Positions 1 through 13,118 of a DNA stretch of 55,296 bases are shown piece after piece (position 1 is the stretch's first letter; every line of letters starts with the position of its first letter). Source of the stretch: Basidiobolus meristosporus CBS 931.73 (Eukaryota > Fungi > Basidiobolomycota). The notes below the pieces were generated by a model. That model searched no databases. It saw only the letters and a list, made by a program, of their open reading frames with translations, and had not been told where the DNA came from. A program made the position numbers and the translations under genes. Location of the stretch: contig MCFE01000590.1 in NCBI GenBank assembly GCA_002104905.1, forward strand, positions 1 to 55,296, given 5' to 3'.

Positions 1-78
1 TAGTGCCACATTGAGCCATGAGTGCCAAATGATGCTATAGTGTGCCAGGGAGGCTAAGTGAACCTATACATGGCCACA

Positions 79-812
79 AGACTTGTTCCATTGTATAGTG
101 GCACATTGAGCCATGAGTGCCAAATGAGGCCATAGTGTGCCAGAGAGGCCAAGTGAGCCTACACTTGGCTGCAGAGTGTAAAGCACAGATCTGCATCTTT
201 ATGCAAAGCAGCCCCTGTGTTTCACTCATTGTCATGGAGAAAATCCATTTTTTGACCTTTTTTTTTAGGTCAATCTTGTACAAGATGAGCAATAGTACTA
301 AAGGATTGAAGATATGCATCTGGGACTCAATACCCATGGCACTCTGAATCTAGCTCCTGTGGCTTGTAACATGTCACAAAAATACATGGCACTATCTTGG
401 TCCACTGGTACTCTCTGGCACTATATTTAAATATTAGCCCTAAAGTAAGATCAATACAAAGCGCTTATAGTGCCAGATAGTACCAGTGGACCAAGATAGT
501 GCCATGTATTTTTGTGACATGTTACAAGCCACAGGAGCTAGATTCAGAGTGCCATGGGTATTGAGTACCAGATGTATATCTTCAATCCTTTAGTGCTCTT
601 GCACATCCTGCACAATATTGATTCACAAAAAAACGTCAAAAAATGGATTTTCTCCTGCATCATAGGTGAAACACAGGGGATGCTTTGCATGAAGATGCAT
701 ATCTATGTTTCACACTCTGTGGCCAAGTATAGGCCCACTTGGCCTCTCTGGCACACTATGGCATCATTTGGCACTCATGGCTCAATGTGGCACTATCCAA
801 CGGAACAAGTCT
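79..812. mobile_element. Foldback/MITE-like non-autonomous DNA transposon, copy 1 (~345-bp inverted arms, ~45-bp AT-rich spacer), inserted into another copy of the same family
   Basis: Termini are AGACTTGTTCC...GGAACAAGTCT, flanked by ACA at 76-78 and 813-815. Sequences 1-78 and 813-~970 rejoin into an uninterrupted family arm (tggccACAgagtg). The arms are reverse complements of each other, giving mirror ORFs 35..337(-) and 554..823(+). Confidence 0.85.
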
Positions 813-988
813 ACAGAGTGTAGAACATAGATCTGCATCTTCATGCAAAGCAGCCCCTGTGTTTCACCAATTGTGTTGGAGAAAATCCATCTTTTGACCT
901 TTTTTTTAGGTCAATGTTGTGCAGGATGTGTAAGAGCACAAAAGGATTGAAAATATGCATTTGGTACTTGAGAATCAGAGATCACAAT

Positions 989-1721
989 AGACTTGTTCTG
1001 TTGGATAGTGCCATATTGAGCCATGAGTGCCAAATGATGCCATAGTGTGCCAGAGAGGCCAAGTGAGCCTATACTTGGCCACAGAGTGTAAAACATAGAT
1101 CTGCATCTTCATGCAAAGCAGCCCCTGTGTTTCACCTATGATGCAGGAGAGAATCCATTTTTTGACATTTTTTTGAGGATCAATGTTATGCTGGATGTGT
1201 AAGAGCACAGAAGAACTGAAGACATACATCAGGTACTCAATACCCATGGCACTCTGAATCTAGCTCCTGTGGCTTGTAACATGTCACAACAATGCATGGC
1301 ACTATCTTGGTCCACTGGTACTATCTGGCACTATAAGTGCTTTGTATAGATCTTACTTCAGGGCTAATTATTAAATATAGAGCCAGATAGTGCCAGTGGA
1401 CCAAGATAGTGCCATGCATTTTTGTGACATGTTACAAGCCACAGGAGCTAGATTCAGGGTGCCATGGGTATTGAGTACCTGATGTATGTCTTCAGTTCTT
1501 CTGTGCTCTTACACATCCAGCATAACATTGATCCGCAAAAAATGTCAAAAAATGGATTCTCTCCTGCATCATAGGTGAAACACAGGGGCTGCTTTGCATG
1601 AAGATGCAGATCTATGTTTTACACTCTGTGGCCAAGTATAGGCTCACTTGGTCTCTCTGGCACACTATGGCATCATTTGGCACTCATGGCTCAATGTGGC
1701 ACCATCCATCAGAACAAGGCT
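989..1721. mobile_element. Foldback/MITE-like element, copy 2 (same family, spacer in opposite orientation)
   Basis: Termini are AGACTTGTTC...GAACAAGGCT, with flanks AAT/ATT (3-bp TSD with one mismatch). It has long inverted arms, and its central spacer is approximately the reverse complement of the copy 1 spacer. Confidence 0.8.
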
Positions 1722-2095
1722 ATTATGCATGATGCATCTTGGATTGCATTGACACAAATCAGATCACATCAATTGTAGATTTCCTGCTTGATTATAGACC
1801 TGTGAGTAAATCATCAATAAAATTGCCAAGTTATTGTTTGAGGATGATTTTTGTAACATAATGATGGGATATATGGCAAATGATAGAGATTTAATCATAA
1901 TGCATGGAAATCAGATGTATCAAGCTGATTGTGCCATATTGCTTTGTATCAATTCTATTTGATCATGTACCAGTTTGCCTGACTTACTCATCCTAGTGGT
2001 CTTTTCTCATCAATCCCATAACTACTACTGGATTTCCTTTTTGCACATTAGAGGAGATCTATATCAGGTATTTTGGACCATCTACCCCAATCTAC

Positions 2096-2779
2096 TTGGG
2101 GAGATCACTTGTTAAGCTTCTCTACTATTACAAGAATTATTGCCCTACAAGGTTACATCCTTCCAACCTTGGCAACAAAAGTCCAAGAATCTTTCATTTC
2201 TACCTGGCAGCAATGGAGAACCACCCTGCAGAGGGTATGAATGACTTACAGCAAGCATGGAATAGTATGTTCAGAAGCTCCAATAGATTTACATATCCCA
2301 GAGTGTTCAGAAACAGATTCCACATCAGGAGTATTTTAGGTACCTTTCCAGTCAGGATTCATAGACCTTTAAGAGGGCAGAAACACTTTTATTCTGGAAA
2401 ATTCATGGCTCACTGTGTGAAACTTCCAGTGCTGTCTGACATTGAGGGTAACATCATCTGGTTTAGGGAGCTATTGGCTGGAAGTAGGCATGACAAAGCA
2501 CTCTGGGTAGAAAATCATCCAGAATTCAGCAGAGGGGAGAAATATATGGCAGACTTAGCTTCTGTAGGCAGGGATGGTCAGAGACTAGCATATATTACAG
2601 CTCATAGGAGGCCAAGCAATGGTGTGCTTAACTGGATGCCAAAGCATTTCAGAGTGGGAGCAGAGCATGCATTTGGATATCTACAGGATCTAGTATATAG
2701 GCAGGTAAATTCAGAAGAAAGCAGCCAAATTGGTAAAATAGTTAACATACCTATCATTGCAGAGTATACTCATATATGA
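2096..2779 (+). pseudogene. Degenerate DDE_Tnp_4 (PIF/Harbinger-ISL2EU/IS5-like) transposase fragment
   Basis: The translation contains RP..Q..FYSGK..HCVK...D.EG.I......GSRHD, ADLASVG and RVGAEHAFG, matching the DDE_Tnp_4 signature. The first catalytic DGT motif reads LGT, and no intact N-terminus is seen. Confidence 0.75.
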
Positions 2780-5700
2780 AGACATTCACTGAAAGAAATG
2801 TGTCTGGAGAATTAAGAAGTGAAAATAAAGTAAGCAAAGCACTGCTCTGAGCAAGAAAAGTAAGATTTAGTAAAATTACCAGTAAATGTATCCTACCACT
2901 GGCATTGAAGTAGAGATTAGAGTGCCATCTAGTGCTGTAGAGCACTACATTGATCTGGCATTATAGACATGCTGGCACTTTGTGGCACTATCTGATAGAT
3001 CAAGTGTATTGCTCCTATGTGAATGTAAGATTCATTGATGACCTGCCATAGTAAGCATTATATAAAAAGTTGTGGCGCTACATATACACCTATAAGTTAC
3101 ATTATTTCCCCTTTAATTTGACTTACTTCCATATATATAATTCCAAGAAATAAATAATAACTTGCTTTCACATTCAGTGCAGCAAGCAGCACTACATCCA
3201 AAAAAGGTCATGTTAAGAGTGTGCCACTGAAGGTACTAATGCAGACTCCTCAGGCTCTCATTCATATAAGCAAATGAGTATCTTTGCAGAGCTGCAAGCT
3301 GACCATAATGCTCATGCAGATGAGAATGTAGCAAGTGAAGTACCTTTGGTTGAAGACCAGCAAGTGTCCATGATAACATCACCACCACTTGTATTGTCAA
3401 GTGTATTGTTAGCTCATACCAAGGTACTAATGTGGAAATTAGGCGCAGTGGCTGATAGGATGGATACAATGGCCCAGAGAAATCTGAAAATAGTCCACAA
3501 ATGGAATGAGTCAATAATATGCTCAGTGTAATCAATATACCAGATAGGGAATGCAGCATCTTTGCTGCAAAGAAGGTGCTCTTGTAGCTTGGTGTCTCAG
3601 CCAGCAATTGTGCCATATCTAAATGTGACAATAGAGGAAATCCTTACAGTCTTTGAAGCACAGCAACAGTGCCCAAAGATAAAGCCCACCAAAAACCTAT
3701 TGCAGCATGGGAGAAGACTCTGGTGTTTACACCCAAGCTTAAAATCCAAAGATATTGAAGATCTATGAAGTCAATGAGTGCCATGATGAAGTGAGGGTTG
3801 AAATTCAGTAGGCTGTGGGAAGTCTAGTACAGCATCATATTAAGGATAGCATACTATGGGACCATCAGGAAGACAAGGCAAAGTAGAGTGCACTTGATCT
3901 ACTCCAGAAGAACTATCCTGGATTCAATTAAGTAAACAGATTAGGGCTGGCATTGATATGCTAAGAAAGTATCACAAGAATAGCAGAGACTATCAAAGGC
4001 AGAAGAACTAGGGCACCATGGCTAAAAATCTGCAGCTTTCTTAAAGCTTGCAACAAGCAGGGCTGAAAGCACCATAGCCAGAATATTGCCAGTAAGGGTC
4101 AGACAGGCAGAAGCAAATGCTTCAGTGCAGCATGTATTAAGGAGATAAAGCAGTTCAACACAAAAGCACTCAGTCACAGTAGCAGTGAAGGACCTGACAG
4201 CAATAAAAAGCTGTAGCTCTCTCAGGAGTCCATAACAAGTAAGGTTGAAAGTTACAAATAAGCAGCAAAGAAGTGACAGGTTGCAGCAAGAGTGCTGGCA
4301 AGGAACAAGCAGACAAAAACAGATGCACTGGTGCAGTATTCATCAAGAAGCAAACAAAGCTCAATACAAGAAGCACTTGTTATAGTAGCAGTTAGGGACT
4401 TCATCATGATGAAAACCCACAGCTTTCTCAGGAGTTTATCACAAGCAGGGCTTATAGTTCCCAGTATGTGGTGAAGGAACAAGGGTTTGCCTGGAGTGTG
4501 CTGGAATGGGACAAGCAGGTAAAAATGGATACACCAGTGCTGCATAAATCTAGGAGAAAGCAGAGTACAATACAAGAAGCACCCAGTCAATGTAGCTGTG
4601 AATGATTTGGCAGCAATCAAGGTAAAGGTAAAGAGAAAAAGGTTCACCCAAGCCAGAGACAGGAGCATGAGAAAAAAGCTGCAGCTCTCACTGTTGATGC
4701 TCTTAGCTCAAAACAGGCTGAATCCGATCATTGCCAAGTAGAATTGCCAATCAGACCTAAGCAGTCTTGTCAGGAGTTTGAAGTGCAGCCAGTTGAGCTA
4801 CACTCCATTGAGGTAGATGAGTTTGCAAGAAAAGCAATTTGTCTAACACTGCCTCCATTTCTACCATAGTGGCAGTGTGGGGATCCTACTGACAGACAAA
4901 GCAACATTGTTAAGAACTCAAAAGATTATCACAATCCCTAAAGTGGAATTTTGGAACATTAATAGGCACCCTAAGTGGTTGCAGCACTTTTTCAAGAACA
5001 GGTTTCAAGAAGATGCACATAAATATTACAAGAATATATTGTGAAGACTGGCAGAAGAGGTGCTAGACCTTGCAGTGCCAGCTGAAGACCAGGAGATATG
5101 GGAGCCAGTTGATGAACAGTGACATAAAGCTGCAGGTTCCTGCCAAAGTTGTGGCAACAGAGTGTTACAGTGGCAATTCTTATAGAATGGTGGATTTTGA
5201 TGGTGTTACTAGCTGAGTGTAGGTTTGAGCTGGATGTTAGTAAAGGGTATAGGGCCTTGCATGGATCAATACAACTGGAAATTGATGTACAACTGAAATT
5301 TTAGCAGAAACAAATCAACTTGTATCCATGAAAAGCAAGAGAATTGGTAGAGTCAGGAAGTAAAGATTGTGAAAAGGAGGCAATGGCCAATCAAAGTACA
5401 CAATCATAGGAGGTGATTGATTGCCTGTAATAACAAAGTGAGAGAAACTGCAGAGGACCAATCAAAAGCCACTTACGCATTGTTGTGATGAAAAATTCTG
5501 ACCTAGTTTTGTGTGAAATCTGGGGTGCAATTATTATCCAGTGGTCTTTGCACAGTGTCCTGACTGAATCAATACCTCTTAGTCATGGGACTTTAACTTT
5601 GTGACAGCCATTTGATGGGATCATCATATTATTTCTTATAGAGGCAAGTTAAGGTTTGTCTGTATTGGGGTAGCTGCTGGCCAACAGTCTTGCATTTGGT

Positions 5701-8700
5701 ACTTCTTAAGCATATCTTGAATATACTTAAACTAGCCTAGAGTTATAGTTTGGTAACTTCTGTCAATGGGAAACTCTTTCCCTAAGTAGTTACTGAGTTC
5801 TCTCAGATTGGCTATCTTTAACTCCTTAGATGGGCTGGATTTAGTCTCTTCCACCAATAATAACATTGTCCACATATAGTGACAATAGAACTGAATTTGC
5901 TCTTTCAGGCTTATATTAGATACTATAGTCAGCAGTGTTTTGCATCAACAATTAAAACTTAGCTAATTAAACTCCATGAGAATTCTAGTACCCTAACTAA
6001 TTTTTCCTAACCTAAACATAACTAATCCCAGTGATGGTTTGTTTTATCACTTCTCAAAATCAGGTATTAGCTGTCATACCTGGTCAATTTTCATGTGGTC
6101 ATTACATCCTCAACTGATCTTCTAAGCCTTTCCAAGTGATTGGTCATCTGAGCTCTATCCAACCACTTAGCAGTTGGCAAGACATCAGCTAATTGATGAT
6201 GCAATTTTCATTTATCTTATGAGCCTATCAGTATCCATACTGATTTCAGTTGGTCCAGTTTCTTGGTGCCTACTCATTCAACTTGACTAAAAAGCATAAA
6301 TAAAGCTTACTGAACCTTTTGGTTTAGTGTGTGTCTCAACAAATTAAGATTGTGCCTCCGCAAAATTAAGAAATCAGCAATTTTGTCCTAGTTTCTACTC
6401 CAGCCTAGTTTGCATAGCAAGTCAACTCTGTCGCCTTTATAGCCAAACCAAGCTACATACAAGACCAACATTGAACCATAACCTCACTGCTAATACTTCT
6501 GCCACTCTCTGGAAATTCTAAGATTCTGCAATTAGCTGTCCCTTAGGTTCAGTTGAACCTTTCAAGAGCTTTATTACACTTTTCTCTTGAATACAACAAG
6601 CAGTACTTTGTTGCAAATGCAATGATTGCAAATAAGAATCTGTCTTGCAATTCGGGGCTAAAATTCATTGTTTGAGACCATATGGGCATTTTTCAAGCTT
6701 GCTGACAAAATGAGGCTATCTTGGTTAGCTAGCTCATTAGGATGATTCATGTACATGTCCTCATCAAGCTCCCCATTCAAAATTGCAGCTTTTTATCTAT
6801 TTGAAGAATAAAAAACATACATTTGACTTCCATATCTAATATTAATATGATGGAGCTAAAGTAGCCTACCAGTGCAAAGGTCTCAGTATAGTCAAGTCCT
6901 TTTGTTTGAGAGTACTATTTGGCCAGAATCCTTGCATTGTATCCTTCAGTTGTACCATCAGCTTTGTATCTTGTCTTGAGGACCCATTGGCTCCCATATC
7001 ATTTTAGGTTGATTGGCAACTGAACCAAGTCCCAGGTTTGATTTCCCATCAAGGCCTAATACTCCTCAGTCATTGCAGATCTCCAAAATCTTGTCTGAGA
7101 GCTATTTAGGGCCTCTTTTACAGTGAGGGGCTCATCAATATGGGCTGAATAGGAATCAGCAATGCTTGTATTCTCATAGATACGGTGATTTGGTCTATTT
7201 TGGATTTTCTGGTATATAATAATAGAATGACCATGCCTGGGATATTCCTGAGCACTGATTCTAGCTGAACAATGGTTGTAGAGCTCTCTGGAGTGAAAAA
7301 TTTTTCATTGTTTTGCTTGAATTGCATCCTGACTGCAGGTGGACTTTAGATCAAATTTTGACATCTTATGTAATATTTTATAAAAAGTGTGATCTTTCTT
7401 CAAACAACACATCCCTGCACTTGATCATCTTTTATGCTTTGGAATTGTAGAATCTGTTTGCTTTACTCTTATTGCTGTAGCCAAAAAATATGCACATTAC
7501 ACTTTTTAGCTCAAATTTTGACTGCTTTCCAGGCAGTTTGTTGGGATGTGCTGTGGACCCAAATAATCTTAGATGTTCTGCATTTGATCTGTGCTCTTAC
7601 CATGCCTCAAGTGGAGTAGAATCTCAAAGTATCCCACAATAACTCCTTTATTTGAGATATACAGCTGTAGCAACTAAATATCATGAGATATTCTTTGATC
7701 AAGAATCATAGATCTTGCCATATCATTTATTAATCTGTTTGTATGTTTGGAGGCTTCAATTTGCATCAGGGAGCATAGTACAGTGGTCTCTTGCTTTATC
7801 CCATGAGTTTTGCAGAAGTGAATCAATTGTTTTCAGATATATTCTGCAACATTGTCTGAGTGTATTTTCTTGATTTTTCACCAGTTTTTCTCTCAACCAT
7901 GACTTTGAGCTCCCTAAGCTTAGATAGAGTCTCCTCCTTTCTTTCTATGACATAAACCTACATGCAACTTGCATCATATCAATAAAGTGCATTTATAATG
8001 CATCAAACCAAGGATGAATTTTACTTGGTTCACACAGATACAGGTGAGTTAGATCCAATTTTTTTCTTAGTTATGATTAATCCAGAGCTCTTGAATGGCT
8101 GTCTGGCTTGATTTTCAAATATGCAGGCCCCACAGTGCTTCAAATCTGCTGGGGGTCCATTTTTCCTCCAGAAATTTGCTCATCTTTGAAAATTTTGAGC
8201 AAATATCAATTGATTTGTCAAAATCTCTGATGCCAAAGTATTGGTGTTTCTTCATTTTGATTAGTTTTTATGGCTTCCAGATATGATGGAATAAAAGTCA
8301 ACTTGCATACATTCTGATCTCTGACACTCAAAGCAATATGGACACCATTTTGGTCAGTGATTGTGCATCCAGAATTGTCAAAATTGAAGCTGAGTTCTAC
8401 TGCTATGGCCTTGGCTACAAATAGTAGGTTCTAGGCTATGTCTGTTACACAGAGTACTTCTTCAAAGGTAAGTATGTGGCTTCCTTTACTACTTCTGATA
8501 CTGACTTGTATAATTTCTTCTCTAACTTCATCAAGTACACTGTTCTTGTCTATGAAAACCTTCTCAATTGGAATTTCTTGATAATGCGTAGAAAGTCTTT
8601 TTGGTGTGTGTAGTGTTGAGATATTCCAGAGAGAGAATACCACATCTGAGAATCCATGCCTGTGGTCATATTTAGTGCAGATATGGGTAGTCTATCTTCA

Positions 8701-8921
8701 GTTGCTGCAGAGTTTTGACATTCAGGCTTCTTTTGCTGATTGTTTCTCTTGTTGAGCCAAGGGTCTAATATGTGTCCTTTCCATTTGAAGTAATTGCAAA
8801 ACAGATTGCTGCAGCCTTTATGAGGTCTTCAGTACCTTCCTTGTTGGTTGGCATTGCATATTAAAGCATATTTTCCTTCCTTTCATAGGTGCTTAATTTT
8901 CTTGATTCTTCATCCTGCAGC

Positions 8922-9450
8922 TGTCATGATAACATGACAACCATGAACACCCATGCCAAGTTTCAGCTTCCTAGCCCAATTTCTAAGAGATTCCTTCTGG
9001 AACCTTTTACCACCTTCCAGAAAGTTCCTGACCATTCCAAACCATTGTTACACAATGGAACATTGCATGGAAGCTTCCCATTGTATTTTTCATAGTCCAG
9101 CACCATATATGGAAATACCAGGTCACATGACTTAGTCACATGATCAGGTGACCCAATCCATTTCCCCATCCTGTCTCAGTGCCTTGCCTTCTATATTATT
9201 ATCCCCAGCACTGCTGCTGTGCCTCACCCCACAACCCCATTAGTATTAGCTAATATCTCTCAGCATCAGTATAGCCAAAAGGTATACATAGTCCTATCCC
9301 CCCTTAAGTATTCCTCAGTCTGATAAACACAGGTCTTGAACAAACAGCCTTGCCTTGGAAACCCACCTTGCCTTGTTGATCCACACCTAAGTCCTTTCCT
9401 GGTCCTGCCTTGCCTAGCCCTACTCTCCTGGCTTGTGTCTATTCTCAACA
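8922..9450 (+). repeat. 5' LTR of gypsy chromovirus
   Basis: Runs TGTCATGA...TCTCAACA; direct repeat of 14760-15280. Confidence 0.9.
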
Positions 9451-10043
9451 GTTTTATCAGACTCTCCTGACTTACCAGTGGATCCCTGCCTTCTGCCCAA
9501 AGTTTTTAGAAAACTTGTAAAAGGATTACTCACCATAAGTATCATCATCATCTTCCCCAAGTCTTGTCCTATAAAGGCAAAGATACTTTATCTTTGTAAA
9601 ACTATATTACCCTGCTGGTGGAGTTTACAGTTGTTACAGTATTGGAAGCTTTAGCACAATACTCTATCAAAGGATGTCAAAACCAGTGCCTTCTGAAGTG
9701 ATGCTAACTTATTTAAGTTGGGGATTGTGGCTCAATAGTTGTATTCCTGACATACTAGTGGCTTTACAAACCTACAATCTAGTTTAGTATATTCCAGTAT
9801 TCCTTGCAAGTTCATCCGCCTTCCTCTCCTACCATGTCCAACCTATAGCTGAACTTTGCCCAGCTCAGGGCTGCCTTTACCCAACTGCAGCAAGACCATG
9901 CAGACCTCAGAAACACTTTTGCTCAGTTCCAGAACCAAAGTGTCCAGCAAACTAGCCATGTCCCAGTCTACCAAGAACCAAAGTATACTCCTGCTACCAA
10001 GTTCAATGGCTCTCAGAAAGAATTCTGAGGCTTCATCAACATA

Positions 10044-10766
10044 GTGAAGAGCAATCTTGCACTCCAGCCCAACTGGTACCCCACTGACCAGGCCAAAGTT
10101 GACTTCATCTCCAACCTGCTTACTGGTACAGCTCTCAAGTGGTTCTCCCCATCAGTGGAGACCAACTCTCCCCTACTCAGATACTACCAAGCCTTTCTCA
10201 CTGATATGGAGCTAACATTTGGTAACCTTGACCAAGCCAGAACTGCTGCCAACAAGATCAAGACCCTCAGACAAGGGAACAAACCAGCATCAGTCTACGC
10301 CTCAGAATTCCGACAACTCTCCAGTGACCTCAGCTGCTGGGGTCAAGCAGCCTTGATAAGCCAATTCCAAGATGGCTTCAATGATGAAGTTTGTGATCTG
10401 CTACTCACACTCCCAGATCCAGATACATTGGTTGAAGCTATGCACCAAGCAATCCGGTGTGATAACAGACTATTCCAGAAGAAGCAAAAGAACAGTCAAA
10501 GACACATTCCTGTTGCAGTCCCAGCCCCTCCTGCTCCCCAAGTCACTCCATATGATCCTATGCAGATTGATAGTGCCAAATACAAGAATCTATCAAAGAG
10601 TGAAAAGTCCAGACGTCAACAAGCCAACCTCTGTCTATACTGTGGCCAACCAGGTCACTTTGCCAAGTCCTGCCTCAACAAGAGTTCCAGCTTCAAGCTG
10701 ATGCAGTCCTCCAGTAACCAACCTGTTTCAGATCTGTTGGAAAACTCCAATGACCAGTTGCACTGA
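10044..10766 (+). CDS. Gypsy Gag (Retrotrans_gag/PEG10-like capsid plus CCHC zinc knuckle), N-terminally disrupted
   Basis: Translation shows LTGTALKWF, LRQGNKPASVYASEFRQL and CLYCGQPGHFAKSC. Confidence 0.8.
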   Translation: MKSNLALQPNWYPTDQAKVDFISNLLTGTALKWFSPSVETNSPLLRYYQAFLTDMELTFGNLDQARTAANKIKTLRQGNKPASVYASEFRQLSSDLSCWGQAALISQFQDGFNDEVCDLLLTLPDPDTLVEAMHQAIRCDNRLFQKKQKNSQRHIPVAVPAPPAPQVTPYDPMQIDSAKYKNLSKSEKSRRQQANLCLYCGQPGHFAKSCLNKSSSFKLMQSSSNQPVSDLLENSNDQLH

Positions 10767-11906
10767 CAGGCTTGCAACTGGACCCACCCATGAAAATCCG
10801 GCATATCCAAGAATCTTCCTTTGCCACAAAATCTATCCAGTCCTTGAGAAGGCCTGGCAAAATCCAGATCCCTGACTCCAGTCCTGTCCCAGTCCTAGCC
10901 CTGATTGATTCTGGTGCTTCATCCTGTTTCATTGACCAAGCCTTTGTCCAGAAGCACTCTATTCCTGTTACCTTGAAATCCTGTCCAGTCCAAGTAGAAG
11001 CTATTAATGGAAGATCACTCTCCTCTGGTGCCTTTACCCATGAAACATGCTTACTCCAGCTGTCCAGTACTGCTCACAAAGAAAGAATCACCTTCAGCAT
11101 CATCAACTCACCACACTATCCTATTGTGCTTGGAAGCTCATAGCTGAGCTACCACAATCCAAGTATTGATTGGAAATCCAAGATCCTGTCATTCACCAGA
11201 TCCCACCAAGTCAACTCCATGAAATCTCCAGACCCTGCTAACTGTGAAAAGACTGTTGCCAACAGTTCAGCAGCCCAAGATACTTTGCCAGCTGAAGGAG
11301 CCCCCTCAGCAAATATACCAGCCAAGTACCAAGAGTTTGCCCATGTCTTTGACAAGAAGAAAGCAGAACTCCTCCCTGACCATCAGCCTTATGACTACCC
11401 TATTGACTTTGAAGATGGAAAAGTCCCTCCATTTGCCCAAAATATAACCTCTCCCAGCTGGAGTTGAAAGAACTCCATGGTTATTTTCAAGAAAACCTCC
11501 AGAAGGGTTTTATTCAGCACTCCAAATCACCTGCTGGAGCCCCAATTCTCTTTGTCAAGAAGAAGGATGGCACCCTCAGAATGTGTGTGGACTACCATGC
11601 TTTGAATAAGATCACAGTCAAGAGCCACTATCCCCGGCCCCTGATCAACACACTGCTGGATCAGCTATCTGCTGCCCAAGTCTTCACCAAGATTGACTTG
11701 AGAGGAGCTTACAATCTTGTCAGAATCAAGCCTGGTGATGAATGGAAAACTGCCCTTTGCACAAGATATGGTTACTTTGAGTACAAAGTAATGCCATTTG
11801 GCCTCACCAATGCCCCTGCTGTGTTTCAACATCTCATGAATGACATATTCTGTGAGTACCTTGACCAGTTTGTGGTAATCTACCTTGATGATATTCTCAT
11901 ATACTC

Positions 11907-13118
11907 TGTGGTAATGGAAAGTATTCCATTACTACAATATCTTTAAACCAATATTGCACTCATTTCTTTATTTTGCTTTTTGCTATCGTAACGCACAAGA
12001 GAAAGAGCAAGAATTTCCAACTTTGAAGAGCAAATGCTTCAGACCCTGACAAGCAATCCACCCAAGAATATTATGTCATACAGAACACGTAGTAGCCAAC
12101 ACATGTTTCAAATTACAGCTCATTTGAAGCAGTACTTAAGGAGTTATGACCAAAAGAGTCCAACTATTATATATACTATGCCTTATTGCTAGGATTACTA
12201 TGGTGACTTTGATCGCGTGTAACTTTCGAACCAGCCAATCAAATCACGTGAAATTTTCACAGGTGCTGCGCCTATGTCCGATCTGCGCCACTGCAAAATT
12301 TTAGCTTCGTATCGCGTGTATTGCTTGCGCAATCGCCCAAAAACTTTGATCCTTCAAAATTTTCATATATATGACTTCCCCAGCTGAAAAATAAAGAGAG
12401 AGCCTCTCTTTCCAGAATCTCCACACTACAATTACAAGTTTAAAGGTTATAAGACTTCCCCTGCATCACTTGCACTGTTGAGTATTCTGACTTTGATCGG
12501 TACTACATCAGTAAAGAGACTGCAAAGCTTACAAGAATCCAATCTAAGTTCTACAAGAAACTACCACTTTTCTGTTGGAAAAGTCCCCTCTAAGAAACCC
12601 CTTTAGTCTAAAGACCCCTTTAGAGACCCCTTTAAGAAACCCCTTTACTCTAAAGAAGCCCCTTTAGGCACCCCTTTAGTGTAAAGTCCACTTTAGAGAC
12701 CATTACAAGAAGCCCCTTTACTCTAAAGACACCTCTTTAGACACCCCTTTAGGTCTAAAGACCCCTTTAGAGACTTCTACAACACACCCCTTTAGGTTAA
12801 AGGGGAGTTCAGAATTTCCATATTAGGAAATATTTTCTCGGAAAGGAAAGTGACTTCCAAATAAGGAAAAGTTACTATAAAAGTAAATAAGCCCATTAGT
12901 CAACAGAAGGTCAGAACACTGCTGTAGAAGTGATAAACACTGCCTACAGTATATTTTGAGCCCAAGATTGAGGAAATTAGTGAAAGTTATATCTTCTATC
13001 GGTATATCAAACTCCCAATAAACTATTTCAGTATTAGCATACTGGAAGTTGTTGTATATTGTTGATTAGCCTCAACATTGTAGAACAAGCCCCAAACTAA
13101 TCATAATACAACACAACA
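11907..13118. mobile_element. 1212-bp TG..CA insertion (solo-LTR-like, 4-bp TSD ACTC) splitting the gypsy RT
   Basis: RT reads YLDDILIYS before 11907 and resumes KSPDEHDEHVKKVLRKL after 13118. ACTC is duplicated at 11903-11906 and 13119-13122. Termini are TGTGGTA...CACAACA; no long ORF. Confidence 0.8.

Noticed and set aside
35-1247. Repeated MGIE..YIFNPLV ORFs on both strands
   Set aside because: They are mirror translations of the foldback arms, with no domain and variable stops.
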